The position numbers and the translations under genes are program-made. Below, piece by piece: positions 1 through 19,700 of a stretch of 64,000 nt of DNA (within the stretch, counting starts at the first letter, position 1; each line of letters starts with the position of its first letter). The DNA lies in contig MCFH01000009.1 in NCBI GenBank assembly GCA_002104945.1, positions 1 to 64,000 on the forward strand, in the 5' to 3' direction. Source of the stretch: Piromyces finnis finn (lineage: Eukaryota; Fungi; Neocallimastigomycota). The notes under the pieces were generated by a model. The model ran no database searches and was not told the DNA's origin. It was given only the letters and a program-made list of their open reading frames with translations.

Positions 1-973
1 AAAAGTAATGATGAAAGGAAAAGACAAAGGGCAGATAGTGAAAATGATGCTTTCAGAAAATCAATTAAGACTGAACCAGACGAATATGTGGCAAATCCTA
101 GAATTAGTAATAATAGTTTGTCTAAAATTAATTTAATATAATGCTTATTTAGTTAATTAAAGCAATTAAAATTTTTACAGTATTAGTTTAATAATAAAAA
201 ACGATTATAGTATAAAATAGTTTAAAGTATTCATTAATAGTAATAATTGAAGTAGTATATATATACATTAATAATTAACAAAAAAGAAAAAAAAAAACTA
301 AATACTAAAAAAAATAAAGTTTATATATATAAGAATTAAGATATTATAATTTCTATTTAATATTAACATGATTAAATTTATGAATAATTATAAATGACAT
401 TAGACATTTAATATTAATTATTATGACTATTATTAATTAAATGAAATTGATTATGAAAGAAATTAACAATAAGATTTTTTTTAATATAATTATTTGTGAA
501 ATTTTTAATGATAAAAATTATTAATGATTTATTACTTTTTTTTTTTTTATTTTATAAACATTTTAGATAATAATAACAATAATATAAATAACACAGCAAC
601 AACAATTAAACATCCAAATGACAATCCAATAAATATAACAAAATATATGGATTTAGAACCACGGCCAATGAGTGCACCAGCTAATTTAGAAAGATCATGT
701 ATTAATGATTCCGATTCAGAAAATGCAAATGAAGCTAATGAAAAAGGAAAGAAAGGACTGGGAAAATTTTCAAATTTAGAGAAATCACTTTCTCAAAGTA
801 ATTCACCAACATTTAAAAATTCTAAAAATTCAATAAAGTCAAGAAGAAAGAGCAAAGCAAAATTTTTAGATAATAACAAAATGGGAAAGCATGAGGAGAT
901 TGAAAAAGATGATTTAACAAATGACAATAACAATTTTGAAAAGACAAATAATGAATCAATAAAGAATTGTTAA
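1..973 (+). CDS. 3' end of an unidentified, probably nuclear protein (gene starts before the window; exons about 1-106/115 and 567-973)
   Basis: Frame 1 is open from base 1 (KSNDERKRQRADSENDAFRKSIKTEPDEY). A phase-1 GT donor near 107/116 is compatible with the TTTTAG acceptor at 565-566, which leads into ORF 524-973. Contains basic RKRQR and a psi-K-x-E (IKTE) motif; no recognisable domain. Confidence 0.5.
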
Positions 974-1908
974 TGAATACTATAATATATATTATTAAAG
1001 AATATTATATGAATTAAACATATAATGATAATGAAAACTAAAAGATTAGTATAATAGTTTTAGATTATTAACTATTTTTATTAATATACATAATACTATT
1101 TCATATTTAATATATTTATTATTTTATGGTGGTTAGAATAAAGTATAAAAATAAATAATAAAAAAATGAAAATAATCAAAATAGCAAGAATTAACATTAC
1201 ACTTATAAATATAAAAATTATTATATATTAGTTATAATATTTAGACATTTTATTGCATTTATTGAAAAATAATAATTATATTTATACCAAAAAAATTCAA
1301 TTTTTTAAATTGTTTTTAATGTTTTATTTAATCATTAATATTTATAATTTTTTAATGTTCAGCAATTTTTTTTTTTTTTTTCTAAGAACTTAATATAAAA
1401 AATCAAGATAAAGTGTTAAATAGATATTTTTATATTAATAACATTTTAATAATAATATATATTTATTATTAATATTATTATTAAATATAAAAACAATTAT
1501 TATATAAATAATATATTCTCTTTTAATTAAAATTGTGAATGTTAGTTTTTGAAACAATCTTAATAATAATTTTTAAGATTAATATTGAAAATTTAAAATT
1601 GTATAAAAATAAAATAAAACTAAAAATATAGATAATATAAATAAAATAATATTATATGTAACTATTATTTTTTATTTTTAATAAAAAAAAAAATACACCA
1701 AAATTTTAATTACAATGTAAATTCGTATAATCAAATTAAAAGATAAAGAATTAAAGAAACATAAAAGAGAAATATTAAATATTACTATCCTTTATATTAA
1801 TTGTTTAATAATATTTAATAATGAAATTTTAATTTAGATATTAAGTTTTCATTCATAATAAAATACATATCTTTTTTTTTTTTTAAAATCAAATAATAAA
1901 ATTTAGAA

Positions 1909-3880
1909 ATGATAAAAAATAATAAGTCATCAGATTGTTATAATAAAAATATAACAAACTCAATATTCGCTAATGATTTGAGACAACAATTTCCTTTTTT
2001 TTTTTCATATAAGAAATTAGAAGAAAATAATGATTTTGTAGATGTATTATCATTGAAAGATTATAATTCTGAGTATAAAACCATTATTTATGATTATAAT
2101 AATTCATGTGAAAGTTCAAAAGATAATTTTGATGAATTAAATAGAAATGGCAAAAGAATTAACAAAAATTCCATTTTAAAAAACAATTTATCAATAAATA
2201 GTATATTGGATAATAAAAATAAAAATAACAACGATAATAATATTAGATTTAATTATAATAATTTTGAAAGTAAAAAAGGATCAATTCTATTAAGAGACAA
2301 AGATGTTAGAACAATCATTGATTCACAAGAAAAGGAAAAACAGTTATATAATAATGGAGCCAGCTTAATTAATAGGATAATAAAAGATGATATGTCTATT
2401 GAAACATCTAAAAATGAAATAAAAAATATTTTTGATATAAAAAACCAGAAATATTTTCATAATGATAAATATAAGAATAAACATTATTATTATGAATATT
2501 TTAATAATCCTTTTATATATTATTTAACAAAGTTTAATTATTTATTATCTCAATGGAAAATGAATGGAAAAATAGATTCGAGATATGAAAATTTACTTGA
2601 TGAAATAATTAATGATATTAGAAATGGAAAATATAAAATCCCATTTAATATAGAAAAACGATATTTACTTGATTTTTCGAAAATTGAAGGTAGTGGAAGT
2701 AATGGAAGAGTTTTTTATGCTATTGATAATATAACTAAAAAAGAAGTAAATAATGATTAAAATATATTATTTGATATTTATCATTGTAAATATGATTTAG
2801 TAATTAATTATTAAAAATATAATTGTAGGTTGTGTTAAAAATTACATTGTCAGTATATGGCTCGAGTTATGAAGAGCAAATGTTAAAATATTGTAAAAGT
2901 AAATATACAGTGTCTTTAATTGAAAGTTATAATGATAATGTTATTTCAATAATTGTAATTGATTTATTTGGTACTATATGGTAATAAAAACAGTAATTTA
3001 AGATAAATTTCATTATATGGATGCAATTATAACTTATTAAAAAAAATATATATTATACTATCACTTTTAATAAAGGTCACCAGAAAATAAAATAATTAAT
3101 TCATTAACTCACGAAGGATTGGATTATGAATTTTATAGAGAGAATAATAAAAATGAAAAACGAGTTAATATAAGAGATTTATATGCATGTGTAAAAATTC
3201 ATAAATATTTCCCGGAAAATATTATAAAGAAAATAATGAAACAATTAATATTATTAATATATCATTTTCATTTAAATCTTGGAGTTACTCATGGTGATAT
3301 AAAAGTATACTAAAATTTTTTTCAATAAAGATAAAAATATATTTATGAATATACTCTAATTTTTTTTAATAACAGCTACAAAATATTTTAATAGACCAAA
3401 ATTATGAAATTAAGATCATTGATTTTAGTGCAATGAGATTTATAAAAAATGGAAAAATAAAAAATTTCTCTGGAGCTAGAATGTTTGCAGCACCCGAGGC
3501 ATTAAAAGGTGATTTTGATGGAAGATTGAATGATATTTGGTATGTTATATTAATATTTTAACTAATATAACTTAAAAGTGTATTTTTAATAATAATATAT
3601 TTTCATATAGGGCAATTGGTATTATATTTTATAAATTGTTATATGGAGTAAATAAAAATACAGATTTTGATAAAGAAAATAATTTGATATTGGTTGAAAG
3701 TAACAATATAAATGAAGGTACATAAATATATCAATAAACAACATTTAATTGTTAATATTATACTAATATTTTTATTATTACTTTTAAGATGCTATTGATT
3801 TATTACATTTATTACTAACATATGACTATTCAAAAAGGCCGTTTATTGAAAATATTGTTACACATCCATATATATTATAA
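1909..3880 (+). CDS. Ser/Thr protein kinase, PAS-kinase/CAMK-like, with long Asn-rich N-terminus (6 exons)
   Basis: Spliced reading gives GSGSNGRVF (G-loop), VVLK, YEEQML, DLFGTIW, DLYACV, HGDIK|LQNILID, IKIIDFS, GARMFAAPE, NDIW|AIGII and KRPFIENIVTHPYIL*. The introns are GT-AG and phase-consistent. The LxGTxW and DLxxC motifs resemble fungal PASK-like kinases. Confidence 0.8.
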
Positions 3881-4234
3881 AAACATTATTTAAACATAAA
3901 TAACAGCAATATCTTTAAATATTTATTATCATTATATTATTATATTTATATATAGTTTACGTTTAAAAGTGTATTTCTTTTTTAAATAAATATCTATTAA
4001 ATTGAATTAACTAAGATTTATAATATTTAATAAATAAATTATTAAATAAATAAATAATAGTATGAATATAAGTTAAAAAAATAAAAGAAAATTAAAGTAT
4101 TTATTTATATTTTTATATTTTAATATTTAATATTAGTTATTTATTTATGTAATATTGTTTATAATATATAAGAATTGTTAATATACTATATTAATGATTT
4201 CTATAGTAAATAAATGAAGATATCATATATAATA

Positions 4235-5058
4235 TTAATTTAGATATGGATATTTTGTATTAATATTTGAAATTGAGTTATATGATTCACTGTAAATATT
4301 ATTTTTCGAATTAATGAATGATATTTTATAACTTGGGTATATATACTTTTTATATTTTGTAGTTGGATTTTTAATATATATATTTTTTGATAGTATAGTA
4401 TTTTCAATTATATCATTTCCATTTTCATTAGAATATATATTTGAAGTTAAATAATTAGAATTATTTTTATCAATATGTAAGTTGATTTTAGAAGGAATGT
4501 ATTTTTTACGGTTTGATAATTTTGGGAATAAATTACCTAAAAAAAAAAAGAAAAAAGAATTAAAGAAGTATTATATATATAATTTAATATTAATTTATTA
4601 TAAGTATTAATAAAAAATGTTTACCTTCGAATTGATTGTTATTTATATTATGCTTATTATCGTTATATTCATTTTTTTTAAGCTTCTGTTTGGTAACATT
4701 AACATGATTTTTTGATTCATTTTCAATTTTTTTTTCTATATTATAATTATTATTGTGTAGATATTTAATTTCTAATATTTTTTTGATAGCATTTTCAATT
4801 TTCTGATTGTATAATTTTTCTCTGTCTAATAAAGTTTCTGATTTAATAAAATCGATATTATTATTAACAACATTGGTATCTTTATCTTTTTCACTACTAT
4901 TACTATTACTATTACTATTACTATTACTATTACTATTACTATTACTATTACTATTACTATTACTATTACTATTACTATTACTATTACTATTACTATTACT
5001 ATTACTATTACTATTACTATTACTATTACTATTACTATTACTATTACTACTACTACTC

Positions 5059-5093
<35 letters not shown>

Positions 5094-5726
5094 GTAAATA
5101 TTATTAAATTTTAAAATATTGTTATTATTACTGTTACTAATATTATATGAATTATTTTTTAACAAAATATGTTCTTTTTTTTTATTACTACTTTTTAATG
5201 AATCATTATTAATAGAAATTTCATTTAATTTTGGTATATGTCCTTTATTACTGTAGCTTTTTGAAAATGAATTACTTTTTTTAAAATTCTCTTTACTATT
5301 ATTATTACTTTTTAGAAAGGTATTTATATTATTTATACTATTATTACAATTCATATTTATGAGTTGTTTTTGTGTCATTCCAATTTTTTTGTAACTTTTT
5401 TTTTGATTAGATTTTTTTTCCCATAAGATAGTCATATTTTGGGATTGCCTTATACTGTCAACTTTATTCATATATTTATCATTATTAATAATAATCCTAT
5501 TAGAACTTCAATGTAATAAAAATATGAATTTTATAATTTTAGTTAAAATAAAATAACTCTGAATATTTAATTATTTAATTAATTATTACTTCGGATAATT
5601 AAGGAGGTTGAACTCTTTGTTATTTTTGAATTTTATATCATTTAATTTTAAATTTGCATTATTTATTTCATTCTTGAAATTATTATTTTTTTTATAATAT
5701 ATTTGTATATTATTATCAACTAACAT
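4235..5726 (-). CDS. Hypothetical low-complexity Asn/Lys/Ser-rich protein with (Ser-Asn)n tract (3 exons)
   Basis: ORF 4590-5471 is extended by an upstream ATG exon (5726-5590, phase 2) and a downstream exon after the poly-T AG acceptor at about 4538, ending at TAA 4235-4237. No domain recognised. Confidence 0.5.
4895..5058. repeat. Hexanucleotide microsatellite (TTACTA)n, encoding (Ser-Asn)n on the minus strand
   Basis: Directly visible near-perfect tandem array of about 27 units, followed by an (ATT)n tract. Confidence 0.95.
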
Positions 5727-6620
5727 TTTATAGGTATAATATATATTTTAATCGTTTATTCATATATTTAGAATTTCCTAATATTCAAAATAGGAAAATA
5801 ACAAATTTTGAGAGTTAAGTTTTAATGAAATACACGTGACAACTTTTAAAAGATATAAATAAATGTTATTTCTAAAGTAATTTAATATATTTACAAATTT
5901 TTAACTTTCTGGAAGATATATTTTTTAAAGAAAAGATTTATCTTTTTTAATTTAGTTAAAAACTTTAAAAATTATAATTTTACTTTAAAAAAAATAAAAA
6001 TTTTATAAATATATATTATATATAATATTAAAATTTACTACCACTATTATTATTGTTATTATTATTGCTACTTTTTCAATGATTATTATCATGATTCATA
6101 CTAATAAATAATAAATTATAATAAATTATATAAAAATGTAAAGTTTTATATAATTTATGAAAATTTGACATATAGAAATTAAACTTTTTTCAATATAAAA
6201 TAACTTCAAATATTCTTTAGTTCTTATTAGGAAAAAAAAAAAAAAAAAAAAAAAAAACATGTATAAATAAAATGTTTATAAATAATAATATTAAATACAG
6301 AAGTGTTATTATTTTAATTCAAAAACAAAAATAATGGTGATAATAGTAATAACATAAAATAATAAATAATAATACAATACAATAAATAAATAAATAAATA
6401 AATAAAAAAGCTTAATTTTTTTTTTTTTTTTTTTTTATGAATAATTTATTAAAAAAAAAACAAAAATTTTCTGTTTTTTTTATTTATTTTTATTTTGAAA
6501 AAGTATATATAAAATATTAATATTTAATCTTAATATTATAAATAAAAATATGAAACAATTTTTATCAATATGAATGTAATAGTTTTATTAAAATAGTATG
6601 TAAAATGATTAGTTTTTAAG

Positions 6621-12928
<6,308 letters not shown>

Positions 12929-14661
12929 TTTAGTTAAATAATTCAATGCTATTATATATCATTTACAAAATCTTCAATAATAATTTAAAATCATTAATAT
13001 TGTAAGTAGTTATTTGCTTTTTAAGAAATCTATATATATTGGTGGCAAATTCAATAAAATGAACGATAAAAATATATTTCTTATAAAAGAATTAAAAATG
13101 TATTTTCGGAAAATGAAAATTTTACAAAATGAATAAACCATACAATTAATGTACAAAGAATTATTAAATTAAATTATTTATGTAATAATTTTTTAACATT
13201 ATATTTGTAATAAAAATTACATAATTTATATCATAGAGAAGTTATGGCTAACAAATTTAAATGTAACAATAATATATCTTTTTTTTTCTAATCCTTCAAA
13301 TGTTTCCATATTTATAATATGTAAATTAAGGAATAAATTCTTAAAAACAAATTATTTTATCTTTTTTATTGAATAAAATGCTGATTAATTTAATATAAAT
13401 TATTTATTGAAATAATAATAATAATAAAATATGAAAAAAAGTATTACTATTACCCAAAATGTAATAATTATAATACTATTTATTATTGGAAATTAAAAAA
13501 AAAAAAAAAAGAGGGAATTTGGTAATAACTTGATTTAACTTTGAATATATACTGTTTTTAATTATTATAAATAATATAAATAAACTTGTTTACACAAAAT
13601 TGTATATATTAATATGTATAGATTGATCAAGTATTAAATATATATATTTTTCTAAATTATTTATATACTTTGCTATATTATTAATTACTAAATCTAAACA
13701 AATAATTAGATTTCATTTTTATTAAAGTTTAATATTTCATTAATTAATATATAATTATTTCATTTTGTTTATACATCATCTAATTAAGTTATTTATTTCA
13801 TCTGATGTAAATTATTCAACAATTGTAATTGATAATTTGTTTTTAATAATTATATAGTTAATATAACTATATAATTATATTCAAAACTTAATAATTCAAT
13901 CATTTTTTATTACTTCTTTTAGTTTTGCCTTTTTTTTTTAATAATTAATTGAGCATATTAGTTACTTTTAGTTTTGAATCTGAAATACAATAACATTTAG
14001 TTAATTTTCTACAAACTTACATATGGAAGAAAATGACAATATTCAAAGTCATTTTTAATTATTTGTTTTTATTCTTACAACATATTGTGGCTTACTAATT
14101 TAAACATAAAATAAATTTTATATTAATAAGACTTTTTTTATTATTAATTAAAGTAAGATTTAAATTTTGTATCATATGGTAGACATTTATTTAAATATAA
14201 TTTTATCCGCCAAACAGTAGTATAATTATTGTAAAATTAATCTAATGATTTAAAGTTTTCCTTAGTTATTATTAATTGAAATTTTTAAATTTAAAGAATT
14301 AATTTTGATCATCAATGATTGAATATATTAATAATTTAAACCACTGAAGCAAATTAATGAATTATCTAAATGGAATTTGATATTTATTATTGTAATATTC
14401 ATTTTAAAAATTAATTATCAAAATAAAATTTTAAAATAAATATTTATAAAATAAAAAAAAAATAATAAATAATTCTTTTATTATGATTTATAATATAGCA
14501 CATAAATAATAATCTAATTTTGATTAATTTATACTTAGTGTTATTATATATTTTTCATTTATAATAAAAAAAATAAGAAAAGTAAAATTTTTTTATTAGC
14601 AATAAAAGAAATAAGAAAGTAAAAAACCAAATAAACAAAGAAATAGATAAATAAAAAAAAA

Positions 14662-16296
14662 ATGGAAAAAAAAGAAGGTGTCATTCGTTTATTAAATAGT
14701 TCGGGAACTACTGTCATGGACTCTGTTTCCGTAGAGTATGAAGATTCATTTTGTCTTGATACATTTGGAGAATTAATTGAACAACATCAAAATTCCGAAC
14801 CAAAAGGAACAAAAAATTTTATTATTGCAAGAGTTCAAACATGGGATCATAAACAACCAGATAAAGCATATTATTCATATTATGATGCTTTTCAATTAAA
14901 TAAAATTTTATTTCAAACTCAAATATATTTAGGAAAAAAATTAATACATCGTTTAAGAGTTCTTAATCCATTAACAAATACTGATATTATTGGTAATGTT
15001 AATTATTTTATTGTTAAAGGAAAAACTTCAGAATTAAAAAATGAAAATAATGATGTAAAAATTAATGTCGGAATGTCAGATATTAATGATGGAAAAACAG
15101 CTGATATGGGTCATGATAAAGAAGAATGCTTAAAAACAGTAAGCTTAAAAGAAAGCGAAGAAAAAGAACAAGAAAAAGTGAAGGAAATGCGAATACCTGA
15201 ATTAACTATTGAACTTGCAAAAGATATGGAAAATGGTAATTCTTTAAAATCAGAGCCTATTTCTCCAAGAAAAAAGAAGGCATTACCAAAAATCAACACT
15301 ACATTAGCAAGTGCTTCAAATGATGCTATTATCCCACCATCACCATCAGTGTTAGCAGTAGAATCTGGTGGAGTTGGTTCTTGGACAATTGCATCACCTG
15401 CAATTTATGAATGCAAGGATGAAAATCTTCCAAAAAAAGTTTGGATAAAAAGAAAGCTTTCAATGTTAACACCATCAACAAAAACAACATTTAATAGAAA
15501 GAGTATACCATTAGGTGAAATTCCAGAAACAAATAATAACTATGAATCAACATCGGCAATGATTCAACCTAATGAAAAAAAAATTGATACTGCTGTTTCT
15601 GATCAACCAACTTTAGAACATACTGCGATTACAACTATTCCAGTTGGTACTGTTACTCAATTTGCTAAACCAGTTCCACAAGATCAAGTGCTAAAGATTG
15701 TTCCCCCAACAATTAAAGGTAGACGTCGTTCTCTTTCTTACTTAAATACTCTATCAGCAACCCCTAAAAGTAATTGCAGTTTAAGAGAATGGCTTGTATA
15801 TATGAAAAAAGAATCAATGAAACTTGATGAAGATAGTGAAAATGAAAAGAAAGATTATGATTCAGTCGACATTGGAAAAAATAAACCAAAAGAAGTTGAT
15901 ATTGCTAGTGCTCCACCGATAATTGATGAAATGGAAGAAGTTAAGAAAGACAATTCAAGCGATGTATCGGATATTGATTTAGATATGTATGATGCTGTCT
16001 TATTTGCAACTGATGACGATTTCTTAGAAAAATCTAAAATTAGAGCTATATTCAAAAAGAATGCTGTAACAGCAGATGATGCAAAATTATTCGAAATGCC
16101 AGAATATAAAGGTGCAACTAACTATGATGATGGTCAATTATTGTTATATGATGATGCAACATTATGTGATATATGTTTCCCTGAACCACCACCAAATGTT
16201 ACTGGTTTCAAAGCTATTATTTTCCAATATAGATATATATTGATATCACTAATTATTATTGGCATTTTTATTCCAATTTTCTTAATTAAAACATAA
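14662..16296 (+). CDS. Intronless hypothetical protein, probable DUF5092 family, with C-terminal transmembrane helix
   Basis: 544-aa ORF. The N-terminal FIIARVQTWD...YSYYDAFQLNKILF...NPLTNTDIIGNVNYF and the later LFATDDDFLE resemble DUF5092 of microsporidia and early-diverging fungi (from memory). Hydrophobic C-terminus YILISLIIIGIFIPIFLI. Confidence 0.6.
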   Translation: MEKKEGVIRLLNSSGTTVMDSVSVEYEDSFCLDTFGELIEQHQNSEPKGTKNFIIARVQTWDHKQPDKAYYSYYDAFQLNKILFQTQIYLGKKLIHRLRVLNPLTNTDIIGNVNYFIVKGKTSELKNENNDVKINVGMSDINDGKTADMGHDKEECLKTVSLKESEEKEQEKVKEMRIPELTIELAKDMENGNSLKSEPISPRKKKALPKINTTLASASNDAIIPPSPSVLAVESGGVGSWTIASPAIYECKDENLPKKVWIKRKLSMLTPSTKTTFNRKSIPLGEIPETNNNYESTSAMIQPNEKKIDTAVSDQPTLEHTAITTIPVGTVTQFAKPVPQDQVLKIVPPTIKGRRRSLSYLNTLSATPKSNCSLREWLVYMKKESMKLDEDSENEKKDYDSVDIGKNKPKEVDIASAPPIIDEMEEVKKDNSSDVSDIDLDMYDAVLFATDDDFLEKSKIRAIFKKNAVTADDAKLFEMPEYKGATNYDDGQLLLYDDATLCDICFPEPPPNVTGFKAIIFQYRYILISLIIIGIFIPIFLIKT

Positions 16297-16795
16297 TATT
16301 AAAAAATTTAAGCATAGAAGTATTCTTATTAAAATTAAAATATTAAATTTATTTATAAAAATAATTTTTTTCTTGATTGAATATATAAAAAATATTAAAA
16401 TTACTTTAATATTTAAAATTTATTAGAAACTATTTAATTGGATTATATTAAGAGACTTAAATTTAAAATATAAAAGTTATAGTTTTTATGTAGAATTCAT
16501 TTTAAAATAAATAAAATTAAATTGAAATTATAAATCAATATTGATTTATAATTTTTGTTTTTTAAATTTTTTTAAAAAAAAGAAAAAATAATAATATTAA
16601 CATTTGCAGTTATAATAAATTATTAAATTTATATTATTATTTTTTTCTTTAATTAATATAATAAAAAGATTTAAATTAGTACTAATAAAAAAGATTCTTT
16701 TTTTTTCTTTTTTTCTTTTTTTTTCTTTTCCTTTTCTTATATATATTATTTTATTGATCTTAAAATATACCAAATAAACGATAATTAAAATCAAA

Positions 16796-19700
16796 ATGAG
16801 TTCTAAAAAAGAAACAATAAAACCAAAACAAGATATTGGTTTTTTTAATTCAGAAGATATATCAGATAATGAAATGGATGTTGATGAAATTGAAGTTCAG
16901 AATATAAATAATGAAGTCAAACCAGAACAGAAAACAGAGAAAGAACCAAAAATTCAAAATAAAAAACCTTTTAAGATTGCCCATACGGCAGCACCAACAT
17001 TAAGTGAAATAGAATCTGATGTATTAACAAAATTAGCAAATATTAATTGGAATAAAGATGATGTAAAATTTGATCCAAAAGTTATAAATGTAATATGGAA
17101 TGATTTAAAAATTTCAGATTTTTCATTAAAGAAAATCATGCTTTTGGAATTTAATCAATATTTAGAAAAGGTAATTTTAATTATATTTATTTTATATATT
17201 TTTAAAATTTATATATATACATCTTATATATTAACTATTTTTTCTTTTTGTAAAAAGTACTTATTACCTTTTTATACAGATGAAGCGGACGAAATTTATA
17301 TTCTTTCAATTGCTATTGTAATAAATGAAAAGTTTAGACAAAAATTATCAAATATATGGGATATTTTTAACAATGAAGAAGAAAAATTTAAATCTATATT
17401 TAAAAAAATATTAAATTTATTAATTAGTCCGTTAGATTTAAATAATGATGAATCATTAATAAATTTAAAAATGAGAAGAAATTTATTAGTTTTTTTAATT
17501 AATTGTTTCCAAAGTCTTGAAAATGCTGTTGTTCGTGTAGAATGCATGAAAATTGTAAGTTTACCAATATGGCAGAATTTAACACCTTCAGTTAGAAATG
17601 AAAAATTTAAATCATACCCTCAATTTAAAAAATTATGGGATCGTATTGAAAAAAAGTATAAAAAAAGTAGTATGTATTAATTATATTTTCTAAATAATAA
17701 TGATAAAATAAACCATTAATATATTAATTATAATTATATAATTATATTATAAATTATTAACATGTAATTAATTAATTCAGATTCCGAGGCCAAAGAAACA
17801 ATTAATTTTCAAAGAAATTTCTTTTTGAACTTATTTAAAATATTTATTACTATATTAAACTCAATCCCAATTCAAGGAGAAGCCCCACTTTATTCAATAT
17901 CATTTTGTGAAAGATTTTTAGAATTACTGATTGATTTAGAAACACAATTACCAACAAGAAGATTCTTTAATTTATTATTAAACGATTTACATATTATTCC
18001 ATTATGTTATAATAGTAATCTAGCTAAACGTGGATTGTTAGTCCAACAAAATATTTCAGTTATGACTGAAGATACAGAAAATTTAATTTTATTCATTCAA
18101 TTATTAGATATATTAAAATTCTATTCTCAATTCGAAATTAATGACTTTACCGGTTATTCCTTGAGTGATGGAGATATGACAAAAATGCATTATTCAAATA
18201 TAAAAAGATTACAATTAATTGCGTTTTCAAAATTTAGCGATGAATTAAAAGAATTAGCTTTATCTAATGTTGGAAAAATTGAAAATCGTAATATATTAAA
18301 GAAATATATTGATGATCTTGATGAAGAAACACTTCATGAACTTTGTGAAGAAGTTGGTATAAGAGTAAATTCATTTATGGATGAGAAACAACCATTCCCT
18401 ATGGATTTATTAAAAGAAGTATTTATATCTAAATACGAAAAGAGACCAAGTCAAATAGAAAGAATAAATGAAATGCCTTTATATCCAGATGAAAACACTA
18501 TTTTTGATGAATCATTAGTACCATCAACCCCAAATTTCCAAAATATCCATTGTCTTGCTATACCAAAATTAAATTTACAATTTTTAACTCTTCATGATTA
18601 TTTATTACGAAATTTCAATCTTTTTAGATTAGAAAGTGCCTTTGAAATTAGACAAGATATTGAAGATGTTATTAAAAGATTAGGTGCTTCATATGACGCA
18701 GATCAACAGAGAACTGTATTTTCAGGTTGGTCTAGAATGGCAGTAGAAATAATATCATTTAATATTGTTGAAATTGGTCCACCAAAGTTAGGTGAAAATA
18801 AACCAAGCTATATTAAAGCTGATATAGAAATAGATACAAAGAGATTTACTGATTCTATAAGAAAAGAATGGGATTCATTAAGACCTCATGATATTTTGTT
18901 TTTATTAGATGTCCATGCCAAAGAACAATTACCTGGATGGGTAGAATATCAAAAACAAAAAGAAAACAAATTAAATATAACAAATAGTCAAAAGATTAAA
19001 GAAGAATATGGTTTAGGATTTGTAAGAGGATGTGAAATTATGGCATTATTAGGTGAAGATGGTAATCCAATTGATGATTCGGTTCCATATACAACACCAA
19101 TGAAAAGTATTGGTGAACCAAAAACCATTAGATCTATAAGAGTTTTATTAGATCCAAATCAATATAAAATGGATATTGACAACTTAAATTCTAAACAAAT
19201 AAATAATGATGTATATAGTAGCTTTACAATCTTAATGAGAAGAAAGCCAAAAGAAAATAATTTTAAAGCAGTTCTTGAAACTATTAGAGATTTAATGCAA
19301 ACAGAATTAGTAGTTCCAAATTGGCTTCATGAAATTTTCCTTGGATATGGCAATCCAAATGGAGCAGAATATACGAAAATTTCAAACCCAATACGTACAA
19401 TTGATTTCTGTGATACTTTCTTAGATTGGGAACATTTAACTGAAAGTTTTCCAGATAAAAAGATTTTGTCTTTTAAGGATGATAAATTGCAAAATAATGC
19501 TATTCCACCACCATATGTCATTACTTACCCAAAAGAATCGTTTGAGGCAAATGCCGATTTTAAAATCTCAAAGCAATTGAAAAATAAAAGAAAGTTACCA
19601 GTTGAATTTATAGAATCAGAAGTTGAACAAGATAATGATACTATAATTGTAGAAACATATAAAGAAGAAAATAAGGGTCCATATCTTGAAGATAAAACAA

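Noticed and set aside
4807-5097. Poly-Leu ORF on the plus strand
   Set aside because: Antisense reading of the TTACTA and ATT microsatellites.
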